The translations under genes were made by a program, and so were the position numbers. Below are positions 55,922 to 64,000 of a DNA stretch of 64,000 bases, one piece after another. How positions within the stretch are numbered: the first letter of the stretch is position 1; the number at the start of each line of letters is the position of its first letter. Source of the stretch: Desulfobacteraceae bacterium Eth-SRB2 (GTDB lineage: Bacteria > Desulfobacterota > Desulfobacteria > Desulfobacterales > UBA11574); contig RPGQ01000080.1 in NCBI GenBank assembly GCA_004193595.1, forward strand, positions 132,307-196,306. The letters are read 5' to 3'. The notes under the pieces are model-generated. The model was not told where the DNA came from and made no database searches. It saw only the letters and a program-made list of their open reading frames with translations.

Positions 55922-56842
55922 ATGAAGGGGCAAATCCTTAAAATATTGAGAGCAGAAAATGGCGTTGTTTCCGGAGAAACGCTCAGTTCTCATTTAGGGA
56001 TTTCCAGGGTTTCCATATGGAAACATATTAAAAAGCTGCGGGAATTTGGATATAATGTCCAGGCAACACCCAAAGGATACCGTCTGATAAACGATCCCGA
56101 CATCCTTTACCCGTGGGAATTTGGGGATAGAGAATTAAATATTCATTATTTTGATGAGGTTACGTCCACAATGGATGTTGCCGGAAACCTTGCAAGAAAC
56201 GATTCTCCCCATTTTACCGTAGTGATTGCGGGACGTCAAAGCAAAGGACGGGGTCGTTTGAAAAGAACCTGGCTTTCATCGGAAGGCGGACTCTATTTTA
56301 CCATTATACTCCGGCCGCAAATACCGCCGGCGTTCATCTCACGGGTCAACTTTGCAGCATCCATGATTCTTGCCCGAACCCTGCGCAACATGTTTCATAT
56401 TGATGCCAGGGTTAAATGGCCCAACGATATCCTTGTAAATGAAAGAAAGGTTGCGGGATTACTCTCTGAAATGGAGGCTGAAACCGATATGGTTAAGTTT
56501 ATCAATATCGGTATGGGGGTAAATGTTAATAATAATCCCACCCCCCGTGAACCCATGGCCGTGTCCCTTAAGAAAATCATAGGCAGGAATATTTTGAGAA
56601 AACAGCTTTTAGCCGGGTTTCTGGATGAATTTGAAAACCGCCTTAACAAGGATACGCTGGATAATGTGATCTCTGAGTGGAAAAGCTATAGTTTGACCAT
56701 GGGCCGGCCGGTAAAAATTGTAACCACCCATGATGAGTTCAAAGGCATTGCCGTGGATGTGGACAACACCGGTGCGCTGATGTTGAAACTTGCAGACGGA
56801 TCAATAAAAAAAATTATTTATGGGGATTGCTTTCATACGTGA
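55922..56842 (+). CDS. birA: Bifunctional biotin-protein ligase / biotin operon repressor
   Basis: N-terminal wHTH (LSSHLGISRVSIWKHIKKLREFGY). BPL motif GRQSKGRGRLKRTW. Confidence 0.9.
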   Translation: MKGQILKILRAENGVVSGETLSSHLGISRVSIWKHIKKLREFGYNVQATPKGYRLINDPDILYPWEFGDRELNIHYFDEVTSTMDVAGNLARNDSPHFTVVIAGRQSKGRGRLKRTWLSSEGGLYFTIILRPQIPPAFISRVNFAASMILARTLRNMFHIDARVKWPNDILVNERKVAGLLSEMEAETDMVKFINIGMGVNVNNNPTPREPMAVSLKKIIGRNILRKQLLAGFLDEFENRLNKDTLDNVISEWKSYSLTMGRPVKIVTTHDEFKGIAVDVDNTGALMLKLADGSIKKIIYGDCFHT

Positions 56843-56892
56843 TTAGAGGACAAGCCGGTATCCCGGCATTCCAATTTTGAGCAAAGTTATAT

Positions 56893-57423
56893 ATGATTGC
56901 CGCTAAACAACTTCATATGACCGTATATGCCTCACTTCTGGCCGCACTGACCGCAGCAGGCGCATACCTGGCAATACCCATAGGTCCGGTTCCGATTATT
57001 CTTCAAAATCTTTTTATATTTCTTTCAGGCCTGTTACTGGGCTCTAAGTGGGGTGTTGCAAGTGTCGGAATTTATCTTCTGGCAGGTGCTCTGGGGCTTC
57101 CGGTATTTTCCGGCGGGGTCGGTGGAATCGGGCGATTTGCAGGACCTACGGGCGGGTACCTTTTGGGATTTCTTCCGGCGGTCTATGTGATCGGATTGAT
57201 CAGCGAAAAAACACCAAACCGCGTGGTTTTTGACGTATTGGCTATGGTCTGTGCCGGTATGATTATTTATGCTTGCGGGGTAACATGGCTGAAAGTGTTA
57301 ACCGGTATGACATTGGCCAAGACACTGGCGGTGGGAATGTATCCGTTTATTTTAGGCGATGCTCTTAAAATTGCCGCAGCCGTACCCATTGCAAAAGCAT
57401 TACGACCGGTAATAAACAGATAA
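56893..57423 (+). CDS. bioY: Biotin transporter S-component
   Basis: 176 aa with 5-6 TM helices. BioY-like PITLQN-type motif (PIGPVPIILQNLF) and GPTGGYLLGF. Confidence 0.85.
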   Translation: MIAAKQLHMTVYASLLAALTAAGAYLAIPIGPVPIILQNLFIFLSGLLLGSKWGVASVGIYLLAGALGLPVFSGGVGGIGRFAGPTGGYLLGFLPAVYVIGLISEKTPNRVVFDVLAMVCAGMIIYACGVTWLKVLTGMTLAKTLAVGMYPFILGDALKIAAAVPIAKALRPVINR

Positions 57424-57424
57424 A

Positions 57425-57654
57425 GTAACCGTTCACAGGTTCAAGGTTCAACGTTCAGGGTTAAGGACAAAGAAGGCATTGAAGATCCGAAGTCCTCATT
57501 ACAAATGTTCATTTTCCCAAGTAATTGCCAATTTAGCTTCAAATGTTGGATTAGGCCTGACGAAACTGACGCTTTTATCGTAAATACGCATCCTAAATGC
57601 AGTCCGGGGATAAGAATGGAACCTTGAACCCCTGAACCTTTGAACCCGTGAACG
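57425..57654 (-). mobile_element. MITE-like element, family C, copy 2 (inverted relative to copy 1)
   Basis: The reverse complement aligns with 18711-18930 along the entire length. It sits between bioY and the ECF ATPase gene. Confidence 0.65.
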
Positions 57655-57723
57655 CCTACCAGATAAAACTAAATTTGGAGCGGCGAAGCCGCGTTATATA
57701 AAATTGCGGAGCAATTTTATTTT

Positions 57724-58473
57724 ATGAACATCATTGAGATAATAAACCTGAGCCACCGATTTGCCGACGGTACGCTCGGCCTGGAAAATATAAATCTTAC
57801 CATCCGGGAAGGGACGTTTGTTATTATTGCCGGGCAGAACGGGTCCGGAAAAACCACTCTCTTAAAACACCTGAACGGACTTCTTCTGCCCACCGCCGGC
57901 ACGATTTATCTGGCCGGACGCCCGGTGTCGGAAAATCTTGCCAAAGCGAGGCAGATGGTTGGAATGGTATTCCAGGATGCCGACAGTCAGATTGTGGGGG
58001 AAACGGTTTGCGATGATGTGGCGTTTGGCCCGGAAAACCTTTGTCTGGACAAAAACGAGGTTAAAAGACGGGTATTCAACGCATTAAAGATTGTGGGACT
58101 GATGGATTTTGAAGATCAAAAACCCCATTTACTTTCGGGCGGGGAAAAGCGAAGGCTCGCCATTGCGGGTATCCTGGCCATGGAACCGAACGTTCTGGTT
58201 TTTGACGAACCTTTTTCCAGCCTTGATTATCCCGGTGTCAAACAGGTTTTAAAACAGATCATTTCTTTGCACCGGTCCGGCCACACCATTCTTGTTGCGG
58301 CACACGATCTAGAAAAGGTAATTGCCCATGCGGATCGCCTGGTCATAATGAAGGCCGGAAGCGTAGTAAAAGACGGAATACCCTCTCAACTGCTTGGAAA
58401 CCTTGAGGCCTTTGGCATCAGAGAGCCGTGCGCTTTTCGCCTGGGGATGGAGGTTCCATCATGGCTGAGTTGA
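57724..58473 (+). CDS. bioM: ECF-transporter ATPase component (BioM-type)
   Basis: Walker A GQNGSGKTT, signature LSGGEKRR, Walker B LVFDEP. It is the single ATPase gene next to bioY. Confidence 0.8.
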   Translation: MNIIEIINLSHRFADGTLGLENINLTIREGTFVIIAGQNGSGKTTLLKHLNGLLLPTAGTIYLAGRPVSENLAKARQMVGMVFQDADSQIVGETVCDDVAFGPENLCLDKNEVKRRVFNALKIVGLMDFEDQKPHLLSGGEKRRLAIAGILAMEPNVLVFDEPFSSLDYPGVKQVLKQIISLHRSGHTILVAAHDLEKVIAHADRLVIMKAGSVVKDGIPSQLLGNLEAFGIREPCAFRLGMEVPSWLS

Positions 58474-59216
58474 GTGCTTTCAATTTCCGACCCGGATCTT
58501 CTGTCCTTCATGGGCTGGATGTTCGATTTAAACTCTTATTTCTTGTCCTTATCAGCCTTACCAGTCTGAAAGCATATCCTTTTGCACTTTCCGTTTTGAC
58601 TTTGATGCTGGTTGCTGCACTATTTAATACCCAAGGATCTTTGAAATCTATTTTAAAAGCGTTTCGGTATGTTTTTGTTCTCCTTGCTTTTATTTTTTTC
58701 GCCCGTGCATTATCTACCCCCGGATCGGTGGTCATCGAATTTAAGGCCGTTTCAATGACCCGGGAAGGGTTCTATGAGGGCGCCGTGGTTTGCTGGCGCC
58801 TTGTGATTGTTGTCTTGACCGGCTTAGCCTTTATTTCAACCACACGGCCTTCAGAAATTAAAGCGGCTGTTGAATGGCTCCTTAACCCTTTTCCTTTTAT
58901 CCCGTCTAAAAGGATTGCCACCATGATGAGTCTGGTCGTTCGGTTTATTCCTGTTATTTTCGACCAGGCAAGGGAAACCGCTGATGCGCAGCGGGCAAGA
59001 GGCGTGGATAATAGAAAGAATCCGGTCTATCGATTGAAAAAACTCGGAATTCCCCTTATGCGACGAACCTTTGAACGGGCGGACAAACTGGCAGTTGCCA
59101 TGGAGGCCCGATGTTATTCTGAAAACAGAACAGATCCCGGGCTTTGTGCACGCTTAAGGGACTGGGCAGCTCTTTTTGTGGTCATTTGCCTTTGCATATT
59201 TATTGTTATATGGTAA
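58461..59216 (+). CDS. bioN: ECF-transporter T-component (BioN/CbiQ-type)
   Basis: CbiQ-family membrane protein with the conserved ARGV...R and RA..LA.AMEAR motifs. Its start overlaps the ATPase stop. Confidence 0.8.
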   Translation: MAELSAFNFRPGSSVLHGLDVRFKLLFLVLISLTSLKAYPFALSVLTLMLVAALFNTQGSLKSILKAFRYVFVLLAFIFFARALSTPGSVVIEFKAVSMTREGFYEGAVVCWRLVIVVLTGLAFISTTRPSEIKAAVEWLLNPFPFIPSKRIATMMSLVVRFIPVIFDQARETADAQRARGVDNRKNPVYRLKKLGIPLMRRTFERADKLAVAMEARCYSENRTDPGLCARLRDWAALFVVICLCIFIVIW

Positions 59217-59370
59217 AAATTATGTCGCAATTTTAAAAAGGGAGACCTTTGAAAAACGTTCAATTTTGTTCAAGATCAAGGAAGGCGAAGATTTTAACCA
59301 CAGGAATACATTGAGTATTTTGAGGATTAAAATTTGAGCCTGTCGAAGCGAAGCGTAGATCCCGCTCAGC

Positions 59371-59416
59371 GGGGACGCAGGGATTGAGCAAAAGGGAGCG
59401 TTTTGCAAAGGTCTCA
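59371..59416 (+). repeat. Short dispersed repeat (matches 46219-46268)
   Basis: cggggacgcagggattgagcaaaagggagcgttttgcaaaggtctca. Confidence 0.5.
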
Positions 59417-59431
59417 AAGGAGCAACGTGAG

Positions 59432-60796
59432 TTGAAAATCATAATCGTGGGGGCCGGTGAGGTCGGATTTAACATCGCAAGCCATCTGGCTTTTGAAAAT
59501 AAAGATGTTGTGGTCATTGACAATAACCTTGCTGCTATTCGATATATATCTGATAATATTGATGTTCAAGTGCTGCAAGGGTCCGGAAGCAGCCCGGTTG
59601 TTTTGAAGGAAGCAGGCATCAAAGAGGCCGATATCCTCCTTGCGGTTACAGACAGTGATGAAACCAATCTGGTGGCATGTCTGGTTGCAAATATAATTTC
59701 TCCAACAACAAAGAAACTGGCACGTATCCGCAGCGCCGACTATGATGAATATCATGATACCTTTCGTGATCATACCCCCCATATCGACACGTTAATTAAT
59801 CCGGAGATCGAAGTTGTAAAGACAATCGATAGGATTATGGATGTGCCCGGCGCGGTGGATGTGGACGATTTTGCCGATGGTCGTGTTAAATTTGTCGGGA
59901 TACATTTGGATAAGTCGGCACGGCTGGCCGGTGTCCGTCTTTCGGAAATCTCTGCTAAAATCGGAAAGAAATGCCCGCTGATTGCTGCGGTGATACGGGA
60001 TGAAGAACTGATTATACCCAGGGGAAATGACAGGCTTTTGGCGGGTGATCTGGTCTATTTTATCAGCGAAAAAGACAATTTTTTAGATTCTTTGGCAATT
60101 TTTGACAAACAGGTGGAGCCGATTGGCAGCGTTTTGATCATCGGCGGCGGGAATATCGGATTCAGGCTGGCCAACCTGCTTGAAGAGAAAGCCGTGCTTA
60201 CCAAAATAATTGAGAAGAATCCGGACCGATGCGCCCAACTTGCCGAGCGGCTTAACAAGGCGGTTATACTGCATGGCGACGGTTCTGATCAAGAACTCCT
60301 TAGAGAAGAGAACATTCAAAATATGGATGTTGTGATTACCCTCACCGACGATGAGGAAACCAATATTTTAACGTCTCTTCTTGCCAAGCGGATGGGTGCG
60401 GCCAAAACAATAACCAAGATCAGCAAGTTTAGCTATTTGCCATTGATGTCCATGATCGGTCTTGAGCAGGTGGTGAGCCCGAGACTTTCGGCTGTAAATA
60501 CCATATTACAGCACATTCGCCGGGGCAAGGTGATTTCGGCCAAAGCAATTAAAAATGAACAGGCTGAAATCATGGAGGCGGTGGCCCTGGAAACTTCGGA
60601 CGTTGTGGGAAAGCCCATAAAGAAAATTAATATTCCCAAAGGAGCCCTGATTACCGGTATCATCCGCAACGACAATGTCATTATCCCCTCCGGTGAGAGC
60701 GTCATTGAGCCCAATGACAGGATCATCATCTTCTCAACAAGACAGGCTATCCCCAAGATCGAAAAAATCCTCGCCGTAAAACTGGAGTATTTTTAG
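59432..60796 (+). CDS. trkA: Trk potassium-uptake system NAD-binding subunit
   Basis: TTG start after AGGAG. Two Rossmann motifs, KIIIVGAGEVG and VLIIGGGNIGF, each followed by a TrkA_C-like domain. Confidence 0.85.
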   Translation: MKIIIVGAGEVGFNIASHLAFENKDVVVIDNNLAAIRYISDNIDVQVLQGSGSSPVVLKEAGIKEADILLAVTDSDETNLVACLVANIISPTTKKLARIRSADYDEYHDTFRDHTPHIDTLINPEIEVVKTIDRIMDVPGAVDVDDFADGRVKFVGIHLDKSARLAGVRLSEISAKIGKKCPLIAAVIRDEELIIPRGNDRLLAGDLVYFISEKDNFLDSLAIFDKQVEPIGSVLIIGGGNIGFRLANLLEEKAVLTKIIEKNPDRCAQLAERLNKAVILHGDGSDQELLREENIQNMDVVITLTDDEETNILTSLLAKRMGAAKTITKISKFSYLPLMSMIGLEQVVSPRLSAVNTILQHIRRGKVISAKAIKNEQAEIMEAVALETSDVVGKPIKKINIPKGALITGIIRNDNVIIPSGESVIEPNDRIIIFSTRQAIPKIEKILAVKLEYF

Positions 60797-62245
60797 ATGC
60801 GGTGGCACTTTATTCTGAGTATTGTGGGAATATTACTCTTCTTTTTGGGGCTCTGCATGGCATTTCCCCTTTTTTTTGGTCTCTACTACAAGGATCAAAG
60901 TGTGATTCCGCTGCTTAAAGCCATGGGGATAACCCTGGCTGCCGGATTATCACTAATTGTTTGTTTCAGAAGTGTAAAGGTAGATTATATCAGTCATCGT
61001 GAAGGCATGGCCATTGTAGCCGTGGGATGGACAGCCATCGGTTTGTTCGGGGCAATACCCTTTTATCTGGGACCTGAATTCGACACTTTTATTGATGCGT
61101 TTTTTGAATCTGTTTCCGGATTTACGACCACCGGATCATCGATCTTGACGAATATTGAGGCGGTATCAAAAGGACTTCTTTTCTGGAGAAGTTTTATCCA
61201 GTGGCTGGGCGGAATGGGGATCATCGTCTTATCCGTGGCCATTCTGCCGTTCTTGGGTGTCGGCGGGATGCAGCTGTACAAGGCCGAAGTTCCAAGTCCT
61301 GTTCCTGATAAGCTCAAGCCTCGTATCAGAGATACCGCCATGATCCTCTGGAAAGTTTATGCGCTCATTTCTCTGGCAGAGATCCTCCTTCTCATGATCG
61401 GAGGAATGAATCTTTATGATGCCCTGTGTCACACCTTCACAACAATGCCCACCGGCGGATTTTCAAGCAAAAACACTTCTGTTGCCCACTTTAACAGTGT
61501 GTATTTAGATACGGTATTTATTTTTTTTATGCTGTTGGCCGGAATTAATTTTTCGCTTCATTATCAGTTCCTGAGGGGAAAGCCCCTTGCCTTCTGGCGG
61601 GATTCGGAGTGCCGTTTTTTTCTGTGTGCCGTTCTTGTCTTGACGGTTATTGTGACCATTAATGTCTACGGATCTGTGTATGAAACTCTGGGTCAGGCAT
61701 TGCGATTCGCTGCTTTTCAAGTGGTATCCATTGTTACCACCACAGGCTATGCCACGGCCGATTACGAATTGTGGCCGGCCATGTCCCAGATCATCTTATT
61801 GTTATGTATGTTTTTAGGGGCGTCGGCCGGATCCACCGGCGGAGGCATGAAATGCCTCCGGGTTATGCTTTATTTTAAATACTGTTATAAAGAACTGTTT
61901 TCCTTAGTTCATCCTCATGCAGTCAAGCGTATCAAAATCGGGGGCAAATCCGTTCCGGAGGATGTTATGCGGAGCGTTCTCGGGTTTATGGGCTTATATA
62001 TAGGTCTGTTTGCTTTTTCTTCTGTACTCATTGCAAGCATGGGGGTCGATTTTATGACTTCAATTGCTGCGGTCGCAGCGACAATCGGAAATATAGGACC
62101 CGGTCTGGGAATGGTGGGTCCGGCAGATAATTTTGCCCATATACCCTATCTGGGTAAATGGGTACTCATATGGTGCATGCTTTTGGGAAGGCTTGAAATA
62201 TACACGGTCATCATCCTTCTCGTACCGGAATTCTGGCGAAAATAA
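60797..62245 (+). CDS. trkH: Trk potassium-uptake system membrane subunit
   Basis: 482-aa polytopic protein with TrkH-type selectivity loops (TTTGSS, TMPTGGFS, TTTGYA, AGSTGGG). Confidence 0.9.
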   Translation: MRWHFILSIVGILLFFLGLCMAFPLFFGLYYKDQSVIPLLKAMGITLAAGLSLIVCFRSVKVDYISHREGMAIVAVGWTAIGLFGAIPFYLGPEFDTFIDAFFESVSGFTTTGSSILTNIEAVSKGLLFWRSFIQWLGGMGIIVLSVAILPFLGVGGMQLYKAEVPSPVPDKLKPRIRDTAMILWKVYALISLAEILLLMIGGMNLYDALCHTFTTMPTGGFSSKNTSVAHFNSVYLDTVFIFFMLLAGINFSLHYQFLRGKPLAFWRDSECRFFLCAVLVLTVIVTINVYGSVYETLGQALRFAAFQVVSIVTTTGYATADYELWPAMSQIILLLCMFLGASAGSTGGGMKCLRVMLYFKYCYKELFSLVHPHAVKRIKIGGKSVPEDVMRSVLGFMGLYIGLFAFSSVLIASMGVDFMTSIAAVAATIGNIGPGLGMVGPADNFAHIPYLGKWVLIWCMLLGRLEIYTVIILLVPEFWRK

Positions 62246-62329
62246 AATATCAATTAAAACTTTTATCAAATTCCGACTGATTTTTTATTGACAATCCTTA
62301 TAAATGTAGTTAGATTTCTAGACTTTTAG

Positions 62330-62405
62330 GGGCCGTTAACTCAGTTGGTAGAGTATCTGCCTTTTAAGCAGAGAGTCGCGCGTTCGAGCCGCGCACGGCC
62401 CACCA
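62330..62405 (+). tRNA. tRNA-Lys (anticodon UUU)
   Basis: Acceptor stem gggccgt/acggccc. Anticodon arm tctgc-cTTTTaa-gcaga. T-arm gcgcg-ttcgagc-cgcgc. Encoded CCA. Confidence 0.9.
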
Positions 62406-62425
62406 ATAAGAAAATTGCCATACAC

Positions 62426-62503
62426 GTCCCCATCGTCTAGCCCGGTCCAGGACACCGGCCTTTCACGCCGGCAGCAGGGGTTCAAATCCCCTTGGGGACG
62501 CCA
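62426..62503 (+). tRNA. tRNA-Glu (anticodon UUC)
   Basis: Acceptor stem gtcccca/tggggac. Anticodon arm ccggc-cTTTCac-gccgg. T-arm ggggttcaaatcccc. Encoded CCA. Confidence 0.9.
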
Positions 62504-64000
62504 CCGACACCCGTGTCAAGGGTAGGCAACTACCTTTGATTTCTAACATTCTTTCCCAGGGTTCATTTTCCTTGGGAAAGATTTTTATTTGTTCAAAGAG
62601 CGCTAAAATGGCGCTCTTTCTGACTTTAGGGTCAGCGTGGCTTATTTCCTCCGAAAAATTTTTAATCACACTCCTGATGTCGTCGTCCGAGACCTCAAAA
62701 GCACCCTTAATCACTTTCTGGTTTTCTATTTTCTTGACAATAGCCTTCTTCTGTTCTTTGATTGAAGCCAATTTTGGCTCTATGTCCTCAATTTCAACCA
62801 GTCCTCTGCTATACAAGTCCATATATTTTTGCTGTTGCTTTTCAATTTTAGCCAGGTTTTTCTCCAATGGCTGGATGTCGGACATGCCATTCTGGAACCG
62901 CTTCTTTACTCGGTCAATTACACCTTTGACATTCTTGAAATTCAGAATTTTCTGGCTCACAAGTGTGAAAATCGCGTCCTCTGCCGTAATCTGCGATATG
63001 TCGTTGTTAGGGCACTTATCGCCGGGTTTCGTTCTTGAATTACAGCGGTAAATGCCTCTATCACCAGCATAGTTAGTCCCACATTCAGAGCACTTCATAG
63101 TCCCTGATAAGGCATAGACCCTTTTTTGGGTTATGGGGGCTTCCCATATCCGTTTTTTCTTTATTTCCTTGATAATATAAGCAATATCCTCGGTAATCAA
63201 AGGTTCATGAGTATTTTCAGTGATGACCCATTCTTCCTTTGGTTTAAATTTTTTACCGTGCAAATAGCCGTTAGCCTTCCCCTTTTCCTTAATTCTTTCA
63301 TTATGTCTGTTAAAAACCGTATGACCCAAATAAACTTCAATATTATCCTCAATCGACTTAGCACTGTGTGCTGACCACCGCCTATTACCACTCGGTGAAG
63401 GAATATCCCGGACATAAAAATCGTCGAGTATGGCTCTCCGGTTTTCATATTTGGCTCGTCTCTCAAAGTATTCTTTGGCAATTTGGGCTGTATCCGGATC
63501 AGGTTCCAGTTTGGTCTTTGTAATTGGATTACCAGTTCGATGTTTTCCAACTTCTATTTTTTTCAAACGATACCCGTATGGTGCCTTTCCACCAGCACGA
63601 TAGCCACTTTTTACATTCTGTTTCATACCGGCCACACCTTTGACCTTGCTTTGTTGCGAATGGAGTTCGTCAAAGGCTGACATAATGGTTTCAAATACAG
63701 AGTCAATGTATGTATTTGTTTGTGGCATACTGGTAAAAATTACCTCTATTCCGTATTTTTTCCTTAGCGCCCACAAATAACTCTGTGTTTGATGCTGGTC
63801 TCTGCCAAATCTCGATGTATCAAGACAATAAATCTTTGGAAATGGGGATTGCTTGGTCATAGCCAAACCTAACATTTCGTCGAATTCAGGTCTTATATCA
63901 CGAGTGGATGATAGGTATTTATCGCAAAAAACACGATAGACTTGCTCACCTTTTTCCTTAACCACTTTCCTGATTTGGTCTTCCTGTGCTTTACAAGAGA
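62463..64000 (-). CDS. Large serine recombinase (integrase); the N-terminus runs off the window
   Basis: Resolvase-domain tail (...SCKAQEDQIRKVVKEKGEQVYRVFCDKYLSSTRDIRPEFDEML, DTSRFGRD), a recombinase domain, a zinc-ribbon CSECGTNY...YRCNS...KCPN, and a coiled-coil tail. The last 13 codons are antisense to tRNA-Glu. Confidence 0.85.
   Translation of the reverse strand, partial: SCKAQEDQIRKVVKEKGEQVYRVFCDKYLSSTRDIRPEFDEMLGLAMTKQSPFPKIYCLDTSRFGRDQHQTQSYLWALRKKYGIEVIFTSMPQTNTYIDSVFETIMSAFDELHSQQSKVKGVAGMKQNVKSGYRAGGKAPYGYRLKKIEVGKHRTGNPITKTKLEPDPDTAQIAKEYFERRAKYENRRAILDDFYVRDIPSPSGNRRWSAHSAKSIEDNIEVYLGHTVFNRHNERIKEKGKANGYLHGKKFKPKEEWVITENTHEPLITEDIAYIIKEIKKKRIWEAPITQKRVYALSGTMKCSECGTNYAGDRGIYRCNSRTKPGDKCPNNDISQITAEDAIFTLVSQKILNFKNVKGVIDRVKKRFQNGMSDIQPLEKNLAKIEKQQQKYMDLYSRGLVEIEDIEPKLASIKEQKKAIVKKIENQKVIKGAFEVSDDDIRSVIKNFSEEISHADPKVRKSAILALFEQIKIFPKENEPWERMLEIKGSCLPLTRVSVASPRGFEPLLPA

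Overview
64-kb chromosomal segment. From gene content it most likely comes from a sulfate-reducer-type Desulfobacterota (Desulfobacterales-like) genome: multihaem cytochrome c, a DsrE-like selenoprotein, an NADH-module-less nuo operon, Cys-rich sensor kinases, many sigma-54 promoters and dense MITE-like repeats. This assignment is inference only, since no search was run. Left to right: the tail of an RND efflux gene and an L,D-transpeptidase. Then a cluster of sigma-54-driven genes (repeat lipoprotein, RACo-like ASKHA/2Fe-2S protein, small STAS-like operon, membrane protein with a C-terminal Cys motif, octahaem cytochrome c, DsrE-like protein with an in-frame UGA). Then a secreted FG-GAP-like protein, a PEP-utilising dikinase-like protein next to a dual-specificity phosphatase/YkgJ fusion, and a two-component block (CheY, Cys-rich PAS kinase, PhnD-like binding protein) followed by a decayed kinase plus sigma-54 activator pair. 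Next comes an 11.7-kb nuoABCDHIJK-(extra antiporter-like)-LMN operon without nuoEFG, preceded by a TauE/SafE fusion gene. The extra antiporter-like gene is interrupted by an inverted, diverged copy of the nuoH/nuoI junction. After that: a cytoplasmic molybdopterin oxidoreductase with a fused N-terminal TorD-like domain plus a porin. An accessory patch follows (GC-rich GMP-synthase ATP-PPase subunit, vapBC, IS fragments, nonsense-split DUF748 gene, brnTA with frameshifted toxin, XRE regulator). The window ends with birA-bioY-bioMN, trkAH, tRNA-Lys, tRNA-Glu, and a large serine recombinase whose 3' end overlaps tRNA-Glu. The main themes are eight sigma-54 promoter-like motifs in four divergent pairs (two pairs sit on a duplicated ~0.46-kb cassette), at least three MITE-like repeat families, and an unusually high density of disrupted genes. 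No rRNA and no CRISPR array were seen.
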